Below are positions 29,349 through 44,320 of a DNA stretch of 64,000 nucleotides, one piece after another. This DNA is from Dimorphilus gyrociliatus. Taxonomy: Eukaryota > Animalia > Annelida. A program made the translations under genes and the position numbers. The stretch is from positions 62,001 to 126,000 of the forward strand of contig CAJFCJ010000016.1 of assembly GCA_904063045.1 (NCBI GenBank), in the 5' to 3' direction. Position 1 is the stretch's first letter; the number at the start of each line of letters is the position of its first letter. The notes under the pieces were generated by a model that was given only the letters and a program-made list of their open reading frames with translations, ran no database searches and was not told the DNA's origin.

Positions 29349-29643
29349 TTTTGGGATGTTACGATTGAATGACTGAATTAAGAATATAATAGAGTGACTG
29401 AAACAGTTTTCACATGTCTGTTATTGATGAATGAAACGTGAAATTCTTGAAATACTAGTACACTATATATAACATAAATGTATGCGTATATATATATATA
29501 TATACATATGCATTCAAATTTTAAGTAAATGTCTTATAAATTAAAAATGTCACGTAAAACTTAACATTTATTAAAAACGGCTATTTGAAAGTTTCAAAAA
29601 TTCATTCAAGATTATTGAGTACTTTCCTAATGAGTGTACATGT

Positions 29644-30003
29644 CTACTTTTGTTCTGTAGACATAACACTCTCTTGATCTTCCCTTCCATCATCTTCCAA
29701 CAACATTGCGATATCATTTTCTTGTTTTTCTGTTTCCAGCCAGCTCTTCAAAGCATCCTATTGATAGATACTTATATATAAATTTTTCGAAATTATTGTA
29801 AAACTTTCAAAAATTTAGGATGAATGGGATTTAAGAGAGATTATCTTGAGCGATAAAGTAAGTTTATACCACATTACCTCCTCAGATTGCAATTTACTTA
29901 ATTCGTTGTTGATTTTTTCTATTTGATTTTCATAAAACCTTTCCTCTGTCCGTAAAATATCTAGTTTTTTATTGAGATCGATCTCGTCTTTCGCAACAGC
30001 CAT
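29644..30003 (-). CDS. SNAPC5: SNAPC5-like (SNAPc 19 kDa subunit), 79 aa, two exons
   Basis: Exons 30003-29878 and 29757-29644. KKLDILRTEE...INNELSKLQSEEDALKSW aligns with the SNAPC5 pattern SRLQELRKEE...LHDQLNRLKVEELALQS (from recall); acidic tail. Confidence 0.62.
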
Positions 30004-30122
30004 CTTATAGAAAATAATATGGTTACTAAGAGGTTTACTTAAATAGAAGGCACCCAAGTGCCGAGGAATCGGCAGCCAGTTTTTCCTTGTTAAAATATGA
30101 GAATCGAAAACGAGATTGCCTA

Positions 30123-32149
30123 ATGGCTGCTTTCTTCATAAATACGTGCAACTTTTCCGAATGTAATTCGACGTTTTCGAATCTCGCTGAACTAATTGAT
30201 CATGTTGAAACAACGCATATAGGTATTTATGATATATTTACTTAAAAAAAACTAGCAAAAACTATTTTCTTTAGTCATACATCATCCTTTTGTAAGCGTA
30301 CCCTCTTTTGTTACTATATATAGACTATTTCACAACACCGGGATTCCAAGGAATACCTTATCAGCTGTTTATTATTTACATGAATGTTTTTGTTTAACAG
30401 AAACGGATCCTGATTTCTTGGAACAACAAGAGAACGCACAGCCGAACTATTTGCCTTTAAGTTATATTTTAAGGTAATCATTAGTTTTTAAAGTTTTTAA
30501 AACTTCTCTGTAAGTTGAAAAGAATAAATAATACTGTATAGTTCTACTATAGATGCTTTTCAAATAAGTATATTTGAGTACTTATGAAGGGCATGTTGTG
30601 TTGTTCGCTCATCAATTATTATATTTTATAACAATACTTATACGAAGATAATTTATTTCACTAATCATAAACTGCACTAGTGATTTTTCAACTATCACTT
30701 TGTTTTTCATTCTCTTTCTATTAACGTATTATCTATTTAATTGATTTATCTAAATAAGACAAGATTATATTATTTACAGACACAACAGGAGTTCAAATAA
30801 GGCGAATAAGATTTTTTTCAATGCACAACCATCTTCCTCAATTCAGAGTCCTTTAGCCGGAAGCGAATGCGAATATGACGCTTTCGATACCGATTCTAGT
30901 AGTATTGATTCATGGGCGTCTGACGGAATAAAGACTCAAATTGTAGGGCTTCCCCCTCCCAAAAGAATTCGTCATCAAATTCCTTCGGACAGTGTCGAAC
31001 GGCCGTATATATGTCAAGTAGAAGGTTGTGACAAACGCTACAAAAACGTTAATGGAATAAAGTACCATTTGAAAAACGGCCATAAGAATCTAGACGACAG
31101 GTCAGTAATAGCTTTTAATTAATATTTAGCAAGCAAAACTCTTGATTTCCCACCACTTCTCTAAAAAAAATTGAAACAAATGATGCCGTTGATAGATTAA
31201 TTACTTTATAATCATATGTTGACTGTATATGTCACAGACGAGTCTTAATTCAATATGTTACTCTCACTTCTCTAGTTGCTTTACCAATCTATTTTCTTCA
31301 GTATTCCCTCTCTAAATCTCGTAGAAGGTGTAAAAGTAATGCACCAAAGTAGTGTAAAGATCTCAAACTACAATTGGGTGTATAGTATATGCTATTAGAA
31401 TAGCATTTAGACTAAAATATATATAACAAATATTTATTGCTTAGGGTCCAATAAAAATTTAAAAAGAACTTTTACTGAACATCGCCATACGAATTTTATG
31501 GAAAAAATTTTCCGTATTGAACATTTGTTCATTCATTAATATTTAAGTACCATATGTCAATTCTAATATGCTGCTAACAAGTCTACTTTGTACATATATT
31601 CAGACTATATAATTAAATACCCAGGTCAAATGGGATATCTGTAAGCGGGAGTCAATTTTTTTTCTCGGAAAAATAAAGATAGCAACTCTTGTATGCAATT
31701 TAAATTTAGTATATTTTCTTTCTCTTCCAATATGATTTGGTTGTTTGTATAGTGTTACAAATACCCTAGTTTTCGGACAGCGTACTAAACTATTGACTGA
31801 GATACTCTAGAATTAGATATATATTTTAGATTCACATCTACGATAAAGTTATCTTATTTTTTAAGAGATGACAAACATGTTCGAGTTTGCTATATATCGG
31901 TTTTTGCTTTCCTTATATAGGACTATAGGCAAAGCTCCTACATTTTCATGCCATTGCGGAAAAATTTTCAAGACGCACGCAGGATTACGAAATCATACTC
32001 TTGTCCAACACCCATGTTCCGGACCTTCCGTTGAGAACGTGTTCGATCACTTCGTAAGTTCCACTGGAAGCACTTTCCCTATTTAACAGCGCCACCTAAC
32101 AGCAGAACAAATCTTCGACGACTTTCCCAATCGCTACTCCGAAGAATGA
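30123..32149 (+). CDS. JAZF1: JAZF1 zinc finger protein
   Basis: MAAFFINTCNFSEC...LAELIDHVETTHI, QPNYLPLSYI, CQVEGCDKRYKNVNGIKYHLKNGH, CHCGKIFKTHAGLRNH. Stop at 32086 if the 36-nt 3' intron is retained, or 32149 if it is spliced. Confidence 0.93.
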
Positions 32150-32773
32150 ATTAACATGCAGAAAATAACTCCGATATTTCGTATTTAGAATGTTCAATGT
32201 TTCCTTCTTTTTATTCTATTTTTCGTGTTGTAAAGCCGAGATATACTTGCTTTCATAAGTCGGCTTTTGTTTTCTACTCACTTGGTTTTTTTCGAATAGT
32301 CATCGTATTTTTTGATGAAAAGACTGATTAGATGTTGCTATAAAAATGGTATATTATGCGGTAACTATGCTATACTGTACAGCTTTTTATCTACTGCCAT
32401 TTCTAAAGCTTCAAAGAAGCACAAATTTCTTAATAGAAATCCGTGCTGAAGTTTCCAATAATACATATAAAATGTAAAAAATTCTGTTATCAAATGTACA
32501 AATCTCTTTGTTTGAAGTAATGTGACTTTAAGATAAATTATAAAGTTCAATTTTAAAAAATGGCGCCAATAGGATGCTGAAAAATCGTACATTTTAAATT
32601 TAGTAAAAATAATTTAATTCATTTATTTATATATTAATATATCTGTATTTATGTTTTAAATATACACTTGATTGTTTTATTTGGAATTTCTGTAAAAATA
32701 GATGCGAGCCTGCAATTGTCCTTTAGCCGCCATATTTGTCCTTGGTATCGGTGAATTTCATATAGACTAAACT

Positions 32774-33350
32774 ATGCTTTCCGCTCGTTTATTGACCGCC
32801 AGGACCTCTACTTTGGTCAACAGCGTAAAAGGTACTTTTAAGAGAACATTTTTAAGCACATTTTAGTTTTGATCAATTAATGACGAGGAATCCAGTGCTG
32901 GATATTCGAGTAAAGTGTGGAAAGTCGTTTAGTTGGTTATTGCCTTAAATTAAAATAAAGTGTAAAAATTAAACAGACAACTTTTAATTTTAAGTACAAG
33001 AATTATTCGCTCATTAATCTTTCATTTAAAATAACCTCAGCCATAAAAGTTCGCAACATGGGTGATCACGTACCAGCTCACTGGAAATCAGCTAAACAAG
33101 TTGCCGCTGATACGTGCGCTACTATGGATCATTTACCTAAAGCAACTATCCCTTGGCAACAATATCATGGAAAGATGAACGCTAAATGGAACATCCAATT
33201 GGCGGCTTCTACTCTCTTCTTCTGTGTAACCATGTTTGCTGTAAGTTTTATCATTAAAATAGTTTGCTCAAATAACGATTACACTCTATGCAGATGCAGA
33301 AGTCAGGAGTGTTCCTTTTCTTTGGCCCACCCGCCATGAAGAACAAATAA
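32774..33350 (+). CDS. prag01 (Deltameth_res) family small mitochondrial protein, invertebrate COX7B-like
   Basis: Three exons: MLSARLLTARTSTLVNSVK (mitochondrial presequence-like), TMDHLPKATIPWQQYHGKMNAKWNIQLAAS plus TM, and ...FFGPPAMKNK*; matches the prag01 pattern T.DDLP.P...W......YN..L. Confidence 0.7.
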
Positions 33351-33619
33351 ATATGCGTGAATATGAAATAGACTCATTACAAAATGCGAATAGTAAAAAG
33401 TTTACAGTAAAATAAACTTGTTTCTGCCAATTGATCACATTGTTTTAAAACTTAAAAATTTAATGTAATATGAAAAATATGTTTCAATTGCAGGTATAAT
33501 AATCCCACAGTGAACAAACAAAAAACCAAACTTAGTTTACTCAGATATTAGATCAAATAGTATATTACAGTTTTAAGTTTTAAACTATTCGTAATATTTA
33601 ACAAAAAATTACAGAGTTC

Positions 33620-36245
33620 TCATGTTGCCATTACTAAATCGGAAGCCATCTCTGCTGCGGCATGAGTTTCTTCTAGTGACGTAAATTGAGAAACATCTAA
33701 TGTATTATTTGGATTATCACTTCCATCTGTGATCTCTTGCTCTGCATCAGATATAGAAATAAGCTTTCTTTATACAGAAAATGTTAATTATACAAACCTC
33801 CATCAATTATTCTTGTGGGTGTTATTTCATCAGGTGCAACCGCGCCTAATGATAAGCCTTGTTCTTCGCATCCCCTCTCTAAGTGATGTTGTAAAGCAAA
33901 CTGGGACCGGAAAGATCTAGCACACTTGTTACAGATAAAAGTTTTGTCAGCGTGTTTACGTTCAATATGTTTTCGTATATCGGTAAAAGTATAACCAAAA
34001 AAGTCACACATTCCACATTTGTAATCCCGTTGACCTCTATGCCTAAAAAAGTATTAAAGTTAATTTCGGTCAAAAATGTCCTCCTCTTAACCTTTTTTCG
34101 TGCAATTCTTTGTTTTTCATATGTCGAAATAATTTCCCGCAACTTTGGCATTTATACTTAGGCTCCTGATGCACCACAGCGTGTTTACTAATATCCGATC
34201 GCTCACTCCCACTGTTTTTCAATTAATCAAGCAAATGAAACTTCGAAAATCCCTAGAATTTGTAACATACCGATAATCACAATGACTACATTTGTAGCGT
34301 TTTACTGCAGCGTGAGTTCTTTCATGCCTTTTCAAATGCGCTTTCCTTGTAAACTTTCTATCACAAGTCGAACAGGAATAGTGCTCTTCCGGTGCTTCGT
34401 GAACCATTTTAATATGCATTTTTAATATATACTGATCCTAAAAGAAATAATAAATATACTGATGCTAAATATATATATATGCAAAGATACGAAAACATAC
34501 TTTATAACTTTTCTTGCAGATTTCACATACTATTCCATTTGGATCGTGACGCTGCATATGACGTTTCATAATATAAGCAAACTCAACTTGCAAACCACAA
34601 ACTGTACAGTAGTTTTTAGGGTGAGTTTCCTAATTTGTAGAGGTAAAACACCAAAAATTAGTTCTTTAATTGGTCAAAATATTATAATTTTACCTTGAAA
34701 TGGTTATCTAGTTCGTCTTTATCAAAGCAAAGAAATGCACAACATTTACATTTAAATGTATCTGCTTCATGAGTCATGATATGCTGCTGATAGTGTTGAG
34801 TGTAGAAAGCTTGGAAGTCGCATTTGGGGCATTTTAATTTAGTAAGTTGCGATGCATCAGTTTTAAGACCAATGAGCGGTTGTTTATCGAATTTCTCATC
34901 ATCCGTAGAACTTTTGTTCAAAGGCTCAGCTACAGGCAATTTTTAAATAATTAACAAGCCTATTAGACACAAAAAAATGAAAGGAAAAAAACAAAAACCT
35001 TCTATTTCTACACCATTGTAGTTTATTTTAACAGAATCTTTTTCAGACACAACTTCGGCAGCGTTAGTTGTTTCGCTAGCATTCTGAAAGGTGGTGAACG
35101 TTGATTTTTTTATTTTTATAAAATTAGAAATCTTTTTTAGTGTATACCTGATTGGGAGCTATTAGAAACGTTTTACCATCTTCGGTGGTGATCATAGGTG
35201 GTAATATGTTCTCACTTGGCATACTTTTTCTCGGTCGGCCTCTTCCTCGTTTAACTTAAAATGATAGTCATTTTGCAAGTACGTTCTCTTTTCTTCAAGA
35301 TAATATTGTAACAAACCTGGAATACCAAGACCGGCAAGATAATTTTGAACAGCTAATGGGGTAAGTTTAGGTTTTCGAAGATCACTACTCGTCGTCTTGA
35401 CACGGGTAATCTCAGGCTCAGTTAGGTCAGGCCCTAAGGATTCATCTATGACTTCTATTTTGACGTCAGTTGGGAAATCTTCCTGAACATCATCTACTTC
35501 TTCTCTTTTGTCAGTTTTTTCAGAATTTTGAACTGTGGAATTTTAAAGTTAAGATAAATACACAAACATTCGACATGTAAATTAAATAAAATGACTTACC
35601 TAACCAAAATTTCTTAGATTTTCTCTTGAGACGACAACTACGTTTAACTCCATCGTTTCCTAAAATCAAGTGCATTGGGTTGTAAAAAGACTATCGGATC
35701 AATAATTTACTAACCTATATTTTGAAGACCTAATAAACCTTCGGCCGCAGTACTCTCATCACTTTGAATGACTCGTTGTTGCACCAACTCGCAATCGTCC
35801 ATTTTTTCGTTTCCTTGGTCTCCATCCTCTTCCCCGTCTTTTCCACAAGGAACAGCCATAAGTTGACCTGATTCTGGATCTTGTCTCAAAACACATTGAA
35901 CACCGTTTATTACAACTACGGTATCAGCGTCAACAGCAAATGCATTTTCTGCCGGCTGAAAGGTTTATGACTTTTATTCCCTGCTCTGTGATATTAATGT
36001 AGGAAAGTTGCTGCAACTACCTCACAAGATTTCTCCGAATATTCTTGTTCTATCTCTTCGGCTTCTATAGTATTATATTGATCGAAAACTCCGGATATGA
36101 TATTTGCAGATGTACCAGATTGTTCAGTGACTAAAAAGTTTGCTATTTATTTGGATTGCTTTCAAGAAAGTTTTTGTTCTTTACCTTCATTATTGTCGTC
36201 TAGAGAATGAACTTGAATAAAGTATTCAGAAGGATTCGTGTCCAT
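33620..36245 (-). CDS. C2H2 zinc-finger transcription factor with AT-hook
   Basis: ATG 36245; AT-hook KRGRGRPRKS; about 8-9 C2H2 fingers (e.g. CSTCDRKFTRKAHLKRHERTH, CGMCDFFGYTFTDIRKHIERKH); last exon ends ASDLVMAT* (33620-33622). No confident orthologue. Confidence 0.85.
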
Positions 36246-37226
36246 TTTTGATGCTACAGAGAGCAGAATTTCTTAACTTTCATCTAAACCTAATTGTAAC
36301 ACAAGTATATAATTCGCTGTGTTTAGGATATGTTTTATATGTATAGTGACAATGGCAGTGTAAGATTTATTAACCTTATTCTTCAAGTCTTGTCTCTCAT
36401 TACCAATTCAAAAAATGTGAACAGTTTTATGACCTTTTAGTGTTATTTCAAGCTTATACATATGTTTTGAGGTATTTCTGTGGATGTGTTCGATTTATTC
36501 TATATTTACGATACGTAATGTTCTGTAGATATCAGACTGCATAGAACATTTACGCAGAATGTAGAATGGTACATTCATACCAAGAAACAAACAGTCTTAA
36601 TTAGATATAAAATGTCAGATATATGAAAGACAATATTAAATATCTAAGGCTATATTTTATAACGATGGCTTCTATTGCTCTCAAGTAAATAATAGGGTCT
36701 AGAATAGTAACACCGGGCTAAATTTTTCAGTGCGGTCTAAATTTTTTTTATAGCAATTTCGCATTTATTTATAATTCAAATTCGACTAATTAATTTTGCT
36801 ATAATTGGTAGCAAACAGCAGGAAATCTTCGAGAACAGTGGAATATATTACTCACCTCAAAAAAACACAAACCAAAGCCCATGTAGACAGTCTTAGAGAA
36901 AGAAAAGCGGAAGTAGTTCTGACTGCAGCGCCACAATATCCGCTTTGTATTTTTGGCGGGAAACTCAGTAAACTGAAAAACTTATGAAAATCTTTTCCTT
37001 AAAATACCACTAAATATTAAACGTTTCGTTCAGATTTCATTGAGAAATAAGCAGTAAAACATACACAAAGTTTTATTGAAACTTGCGAGTTTCCATATAG
37101 AACATTCTCTTACAAATTTGAAATTGAACACCATAAAACGAAACGAGTTATCAAAATGTAAAAATATCTATAAATTTTTACTATAGGGAAGAAAGAGTAA
37201 ATTTATCCTTATTAAAAATTTTTACA

Positions 37227-38466
37227 TTATTCGGTTGAACATTGTATTATTTTTCTAATATTTTCGGCATCCTTTAATAGCTTGTTATTTTCTGGAGCGA
37301 TTTTTAGGGCTGCTTCATAATCTTGTAAAGCTTCAACATAGCATTCTAATTCACAAAATGCAGTTCCTCGACGAACATGGGCTTTTAATCGACTCTCAGC
37401 GTTTTGATTGACAGGGGGAGTTAATAGTTCCAATGCCCTGGAAGAATCTTCTAAACACTTAAATAGATTTCTAACTTTAAGATGGCAAGCTGCTCTATTG
37501 GAATAAAGGGACGGTAACTTAGGATTGAGTCTAATCGCGTGAGACAAAACAGCTATCGCAGATTGAAAATCTCCAACTTTAAAAAAATTGTTGGCTTTTT
37601 CTCTGAGGTATTCCGGGTTCTTATCCTCTTCTGTTAAATCTTCATCTTCCAATTCAATACGTTTTTTGGCTTCATTCTGCTTTTCCAGCCATTCCTCCTC
37701 TTCTTTGAGTTGACTTTCTCTAGCGGCAGTTGGAAACACTCGTTTTGTAAATGAGACATTTATTGTCCCAGTCTCTCTTAAAGGTTGTTTTTTCTCTTGT
37801 TCATCGAATATTTTTGTCGATTTTGGCTGAACATTGAAAGTGAAGGGTTCTTTCTTCGAATATTTTTGTGTATGTTCATCTAATAGCCTTCTCTACAGAA
37901 TAAATAGCATGTAAAATCAGCTACGATTGTAAATTAATACAAGTTACCTGTTCTTCCATTTCTTCTTGTGCTAATTTAAACTTTTCTAGTTCTTCGAATG
38001 CTCTCTCTTTTTCGGAAGTTTTGATTTTTTCAATACGCTCTCTTTCTTGCTGCTCTATATTCATTTGTTCACTAACAGCTAATTTATCTGTTTCTCTTTT
38101 CTTTTCTTCTTGTTCTTTTTTTTTTCTAATAGCTCTCTCTTGCGAAAATTTTATAGCTTCATCTCTCAGTTGCCTCAGGTAGCTCTTGTCGTCTAAATTA
38201 TCAATTTGTAAGCTTTCCCAAATTTCAGGTATTTCCTTTTCTAATTTAAAGAAAATTACTCCATCGCCAATTTTAGTTGAACTTTCCTCGTCTTTAACAG
38301 GCTTTTGCAAAAAAAATTCACACAGATACGGTGGATACGACGCTTTCAAATAGAAATTTGTAGAAAAAATGTCTACTTTATTCGCTTTTGTTCCCTTCAA
38401 GGGAAGAGTAATGTATACATGACTATCATCCTCTCTCCAAGAATAATCTTTGATAATGACCGGCAT
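37227..38466 (-). CDS. DNAAF4: Dynein axonemal assembly factor 4 (DYX1C1; CS domain plus TPR)
   Basis: [25 protein letters not shown] (CS/p23 domain), [12 protein letters not shown] motifs ([24 protein letters not shown]); one intron at about 37897-37946. Confidence 0.96.
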
Positions 38467-38874
38467 GCTTCTTTGAGCCTTTTACTTGAATGTTTATACA
38501 GTAGTCAACGAAACAACACGCATGCGCTAACTTATAGCAGACGGCTGAGCAAAAATCCTGCATGTTCCATGCGTTCAATTATCGCCCACACCAAGACTCG
38601 TGCGTCAACTATTTGACTATATCCAGGTAATACACATAAATAAAGTAAATCTCTATGAATTTTAAAGTGATATTTTTCCAGTAAATGTTATTTTTTCTAC
38701 TTAGCTAGGTCGTAGATTTAAATTACAAAATATTAATTACAACATATATAAACTGTGCAGTATCAAATACTTAGTTGACAGGATAAGCATCATTAAAAGA
38801 TGATAAATTTTTTCAGGAGCACGAATATATTGGATTTCTTCTATATATTGAGTTTTAATTTATCATAAAGTGAT

Positions 38875-40638
38875 ATGGGGAAAAAGAAAAAAAACGACGA
38901 CGAAGGGAAAATAGAAAGTGAGGAAAAAAATGAGGGCGGCAGAGATAAAAATAAAACAAAAGTATGATGGTATATTAGTAGTTAAGTATTATTTTTAAGT
39001 TTTAAAACATTTTTCGATTAATAGGCCCAAAAAAGAGTGGATGATGAAAAGAGGAGAAAAGAATCATTTAAAAATTTTGTGAAAGAAAGAGAACAAAAAG
39101 CAAAGTTAATTTCTAGTGCATTATCAATTGATAGTGTTGGTATTGCTATTATTAAATATTGTTTCATTAACAACCATTCTATCGTAAAATTTACAGTCTA
39201 AAAGTAACTCATCGAAAATAATTTTCGATTCGGACGATGAATACATTCCTCCTCCTTCGGAGCAAGTAAACGAATCCAAAAATATAAATCAAGTAGTTTA
39301 TAACAAACAAATTTTAATGGATAACATATTATTATATTGCTGTTATAGGAAGAGGGTAGTGAAAAGAAACTTAGTTTATTCAAGGATGACGATGATTCTG
39401 ATTCAGAAGATGATCATAAATTTGAGCATAAATCCCAATTTGAGGGAAAGTCTGGTCAAAAAGTTCGTATCAAGTTCAAAATGAATGTTAAATTTTAAAG
39501 TTTACTTTTGCAGCTTATGAAACTTCAAGCTAAATTTAAAAAAGATGAAAGATTTACAATTGATGAACGATTTAAAGAAGATAATTCGAGCGAAAGTGAG
39601 CCAGAAGTTGATAAACAGAAAAGTTCAGATCTTTCCAATGAACGTCAGGCATCTTTAGCTATATTAGAAGAAGTTATGCAAAAAAAAATTACTGATGATA
39701 AAAAGAAAAAAATTAATTTCAAGTATTAATTGATCCTCTTACTCAAAATAAAAATTATTTCATTTATTTCCATTATACTAAATTAGGGATACGGCTGCGA
39801 TGCGATATGATCCAACTCAGGATAAGGAAGATAAAAAAAAAAAGAAAAAGGAAGAGAAGAAGAAAAAATCCAAGTTAAAAATATAATTTTCAAAATGAAA
39901 TACAATTTATAGTGTATCATTTGTTTTTTTTAGAAAAAGTAAAGAAGGTACAGATGAAGTGAAAGTAGAAGATGATAAAAAAGAGTTAGATGAAGTGAAA
40001 CCTTTAACACATGAGGAAAAATATTATAAGCTTGAATCGTCATCCTTAGCTGATGCTTTTAAAAATACTGAGAAGAGTACCTCTTTTTCGCTACTTGCTG
40101 CTTTCGGAAGAGACAATGACGAAGAAAATGAAAAAAAAGATAATGTTGCGGAAACTCCTTTAGGTTTCAATATTCTTTTTTCATATTGTATACAACCTAA
40201 CATTATTCTGATTTTAATATATGCAGTGAAAAATAAAGTACAAAGCACTGGCAATGATAAGAAATTCGACGATGAAAGCTCTTCAGACAACGAAGGAGAT
40301 GAATGCAAGAGTAAACACGTGGAGGAAACACCCCCATCTAACTCAAAGAGTACTTTTTTCTTATGGTCAGGGGACTCCAGACTTAAAGGTATTAATTCTT
40401 TGAAATTGAAAATTTTCATCTCTAAAGTATATGTTTACAGAAGCCAATTATTTTGCTACACGCGAAGCATCAAATAACGAAGATTGGAAGAATAAGCGAA
40501 CAGAGCTTGTTGATGTAAGTTTTGCCTGTATTTACTAGTTACTAATTTAATTAGCATATTTTTGTATAGCTCTACCGTAAGAAAAGGAAAAAAGCAATGA
40601 GATTGAGAAAAGAATTTCAGTCGAAAAGGAGAAAATAG
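38875..40638 (+). CDS. NOL8: NOL8-like nucleolar protein (C-terminal conserved part only, no RRM)
   Basis: QFEGKSGQKLMKLQAKFKKDERFTIDERF matches the NOL8 motif; KIIFDSDDE, MRYDP, FSLLAAFG and a basic C-terminal LYRKKRKKAMRL; about 10 short exons. Confidence 0.82.
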
Positions 40639-41477
40639 AAAATTCCGACAAGAGAATTCTGGTTTTTTCACATATTATTTAAACTGTCTAATCGCATTTA
40701 AATATTGTTAAATTGTCACAGATTATAACTTTCTTAAGTTCTAAAAAAATCCGTTTTTTTCTTTTCTAAGTTATCACAAACACTTAGTTAAATCTTACAC
40801 ATTGTAATATAGGATTGGTAATAGTCTAAACACGATAGATTTGAAAGAAAACTGATTTCCCCATTTTTAGTTGAAATTCGCTTTTACTCATTTAAACCCC
40901 ATAGATAATAATAATAGTTTATCTATTGAAAAAACTAGCAAATAGCTGCATTTTATACTTTTTAAGAGAGCTTATCTTCTTTTGAGAGAACATCTTGTCC
41001 TATTCAGAAACAAATATTATGGAACAATAAGATACGACTAATTTTGATTAGTGGTCAATTGTCAGACTAGAAAGTGAAAGTTACTTTCGTTTTTATCAAA
41101 TCGTAGGCTTGTGCAAGTCAGTGAAATTTTACATCGACTCATATATGTCTACGTAGATTGTTGATTGTCACGATAATCTGTACTTATGAAAATATCAAAT
41201 CTAGAAAAGTTAGTCACTTCAAAATTTTTAAGACAATTCATTCTGAATCATCTCAAAAATGAAAAATATGCAGAATAGTATGGCTCGAACTCATATTCAG
41301 TACGGAATAAAATACAGTTACGCGGAATACTACTCCATACCTTTACGAGAGTGTGATCCCTAAAATACAGAGTTAAATGAATATAATTTTAAAAATGCCG
41401 GATTGTTTCTTATATAGTGCCTCCATTAACTAAATCTAAAACTTTCCTTTACAATCTTAATACTTGTAAGAAGTCTT

Positions 41478-41489
41478 TGCGCATGCGTA
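41478..41489. promoter_or_regulatory. NRF-1-like palindrome TGCGCATGCGTA upstream of RAB6; related sites at 26704-26713 and about 38518-38527
   Basis: Matches the GCGCATGCGC consensus, in promoter-proximal positions. Confidence 0.5.
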
Positions 41490-41544
41490 TTAGAAATTCG
41501 CCAGGCTGGACGTTTATATATTTCTAAAATTTCTATATATTTAA

Positions 41545-43200
<1,656 letters not shown>

Positions 43201-44320
43201 TTTTGGAGAGTTATTAGATTATGAAATTGTTTGCGCTTTTTACTAGTGGAACCTGACATGGATATTTTTTCTGTATAATTTTTTGTATGTTGCTGTTCCG
43301 CATTATTCTCAGTTGTAAAAAAACAGTGAAACCGATATTCAGTAACTGCATATTTCCTCGTTCAACTTTTGAGAGGTAAAAAGAGATTGGTCTGAATTTT
43401 TGCCATCAGTGGTTATGCCATTTAAAATATAAATATGCAAAAAATTATTTTAAATGAGATCCATTTCAAAGGTATTACAAAAAAGTAACTGTTAAATAAT
43501 CATCAACGATGTAGATAAAGTCACCTGAGAATGGGTACATTTTATTTGGTCAAATTATGTTTAAAAAAATATATATAGAAAAAATATGGAATTAAAAGAA
43601 TTAATTATGCACTAACAATAAGTATATGCAAATATTTTTAAGGGGGAACTAATTCACTTTATAGAGAAAAAACGCTATTGTGCTATATTTATTGAAATTG
43701 TTGAGGAAACGCCCTTTAGCATTTATACTTATAGAAAAACAATTTGCTTTCACTGATTAAACTATTAGCAGTTGATACTTAAATTGTAAAAGAATTACCT
43801 GATTATTCTGTAACTTTTCAGTTTGAAAACTGCATGTATAAGAGCTAAAATATGTCTTAAGCATGTATGTAAACTATATGATTACTAATAATTAATGATA
43901 TTGACGCACAAATACCTCAAAGCAAAATAAATCATTAATTGAAAAACTTTGGAATTTTTTACCTTGACAATCTACTTCACAGCTGTTACATTAGCTTCTC
44001 CAACTCCTCATCCCCAGTCTCCGGTTCAGTCATCGTGTTCGTGTTGAAAACGAATTTTTATATTTATTTATGCTAAATTGCAATTTCTGAACAAAGGTGG
44101 CATTAATACAATTTTTTATAAAATTGATGTATTTTCTACTTTTTGATTTCTTTAATAAAATATCAAACATGCGTGAAACTTCATGCATACTGTTTCTATT
44201 CATCCTTTGTTAAATTTTTCATTCAGCGCCACCTGTCTTATTCGTTAACAATTATCGTCTGCTAGACGTACGTTGTTAATTTTCGCTGCCTCCGATCGTT
44301 ATTGAACAGTGCAATAAGAG

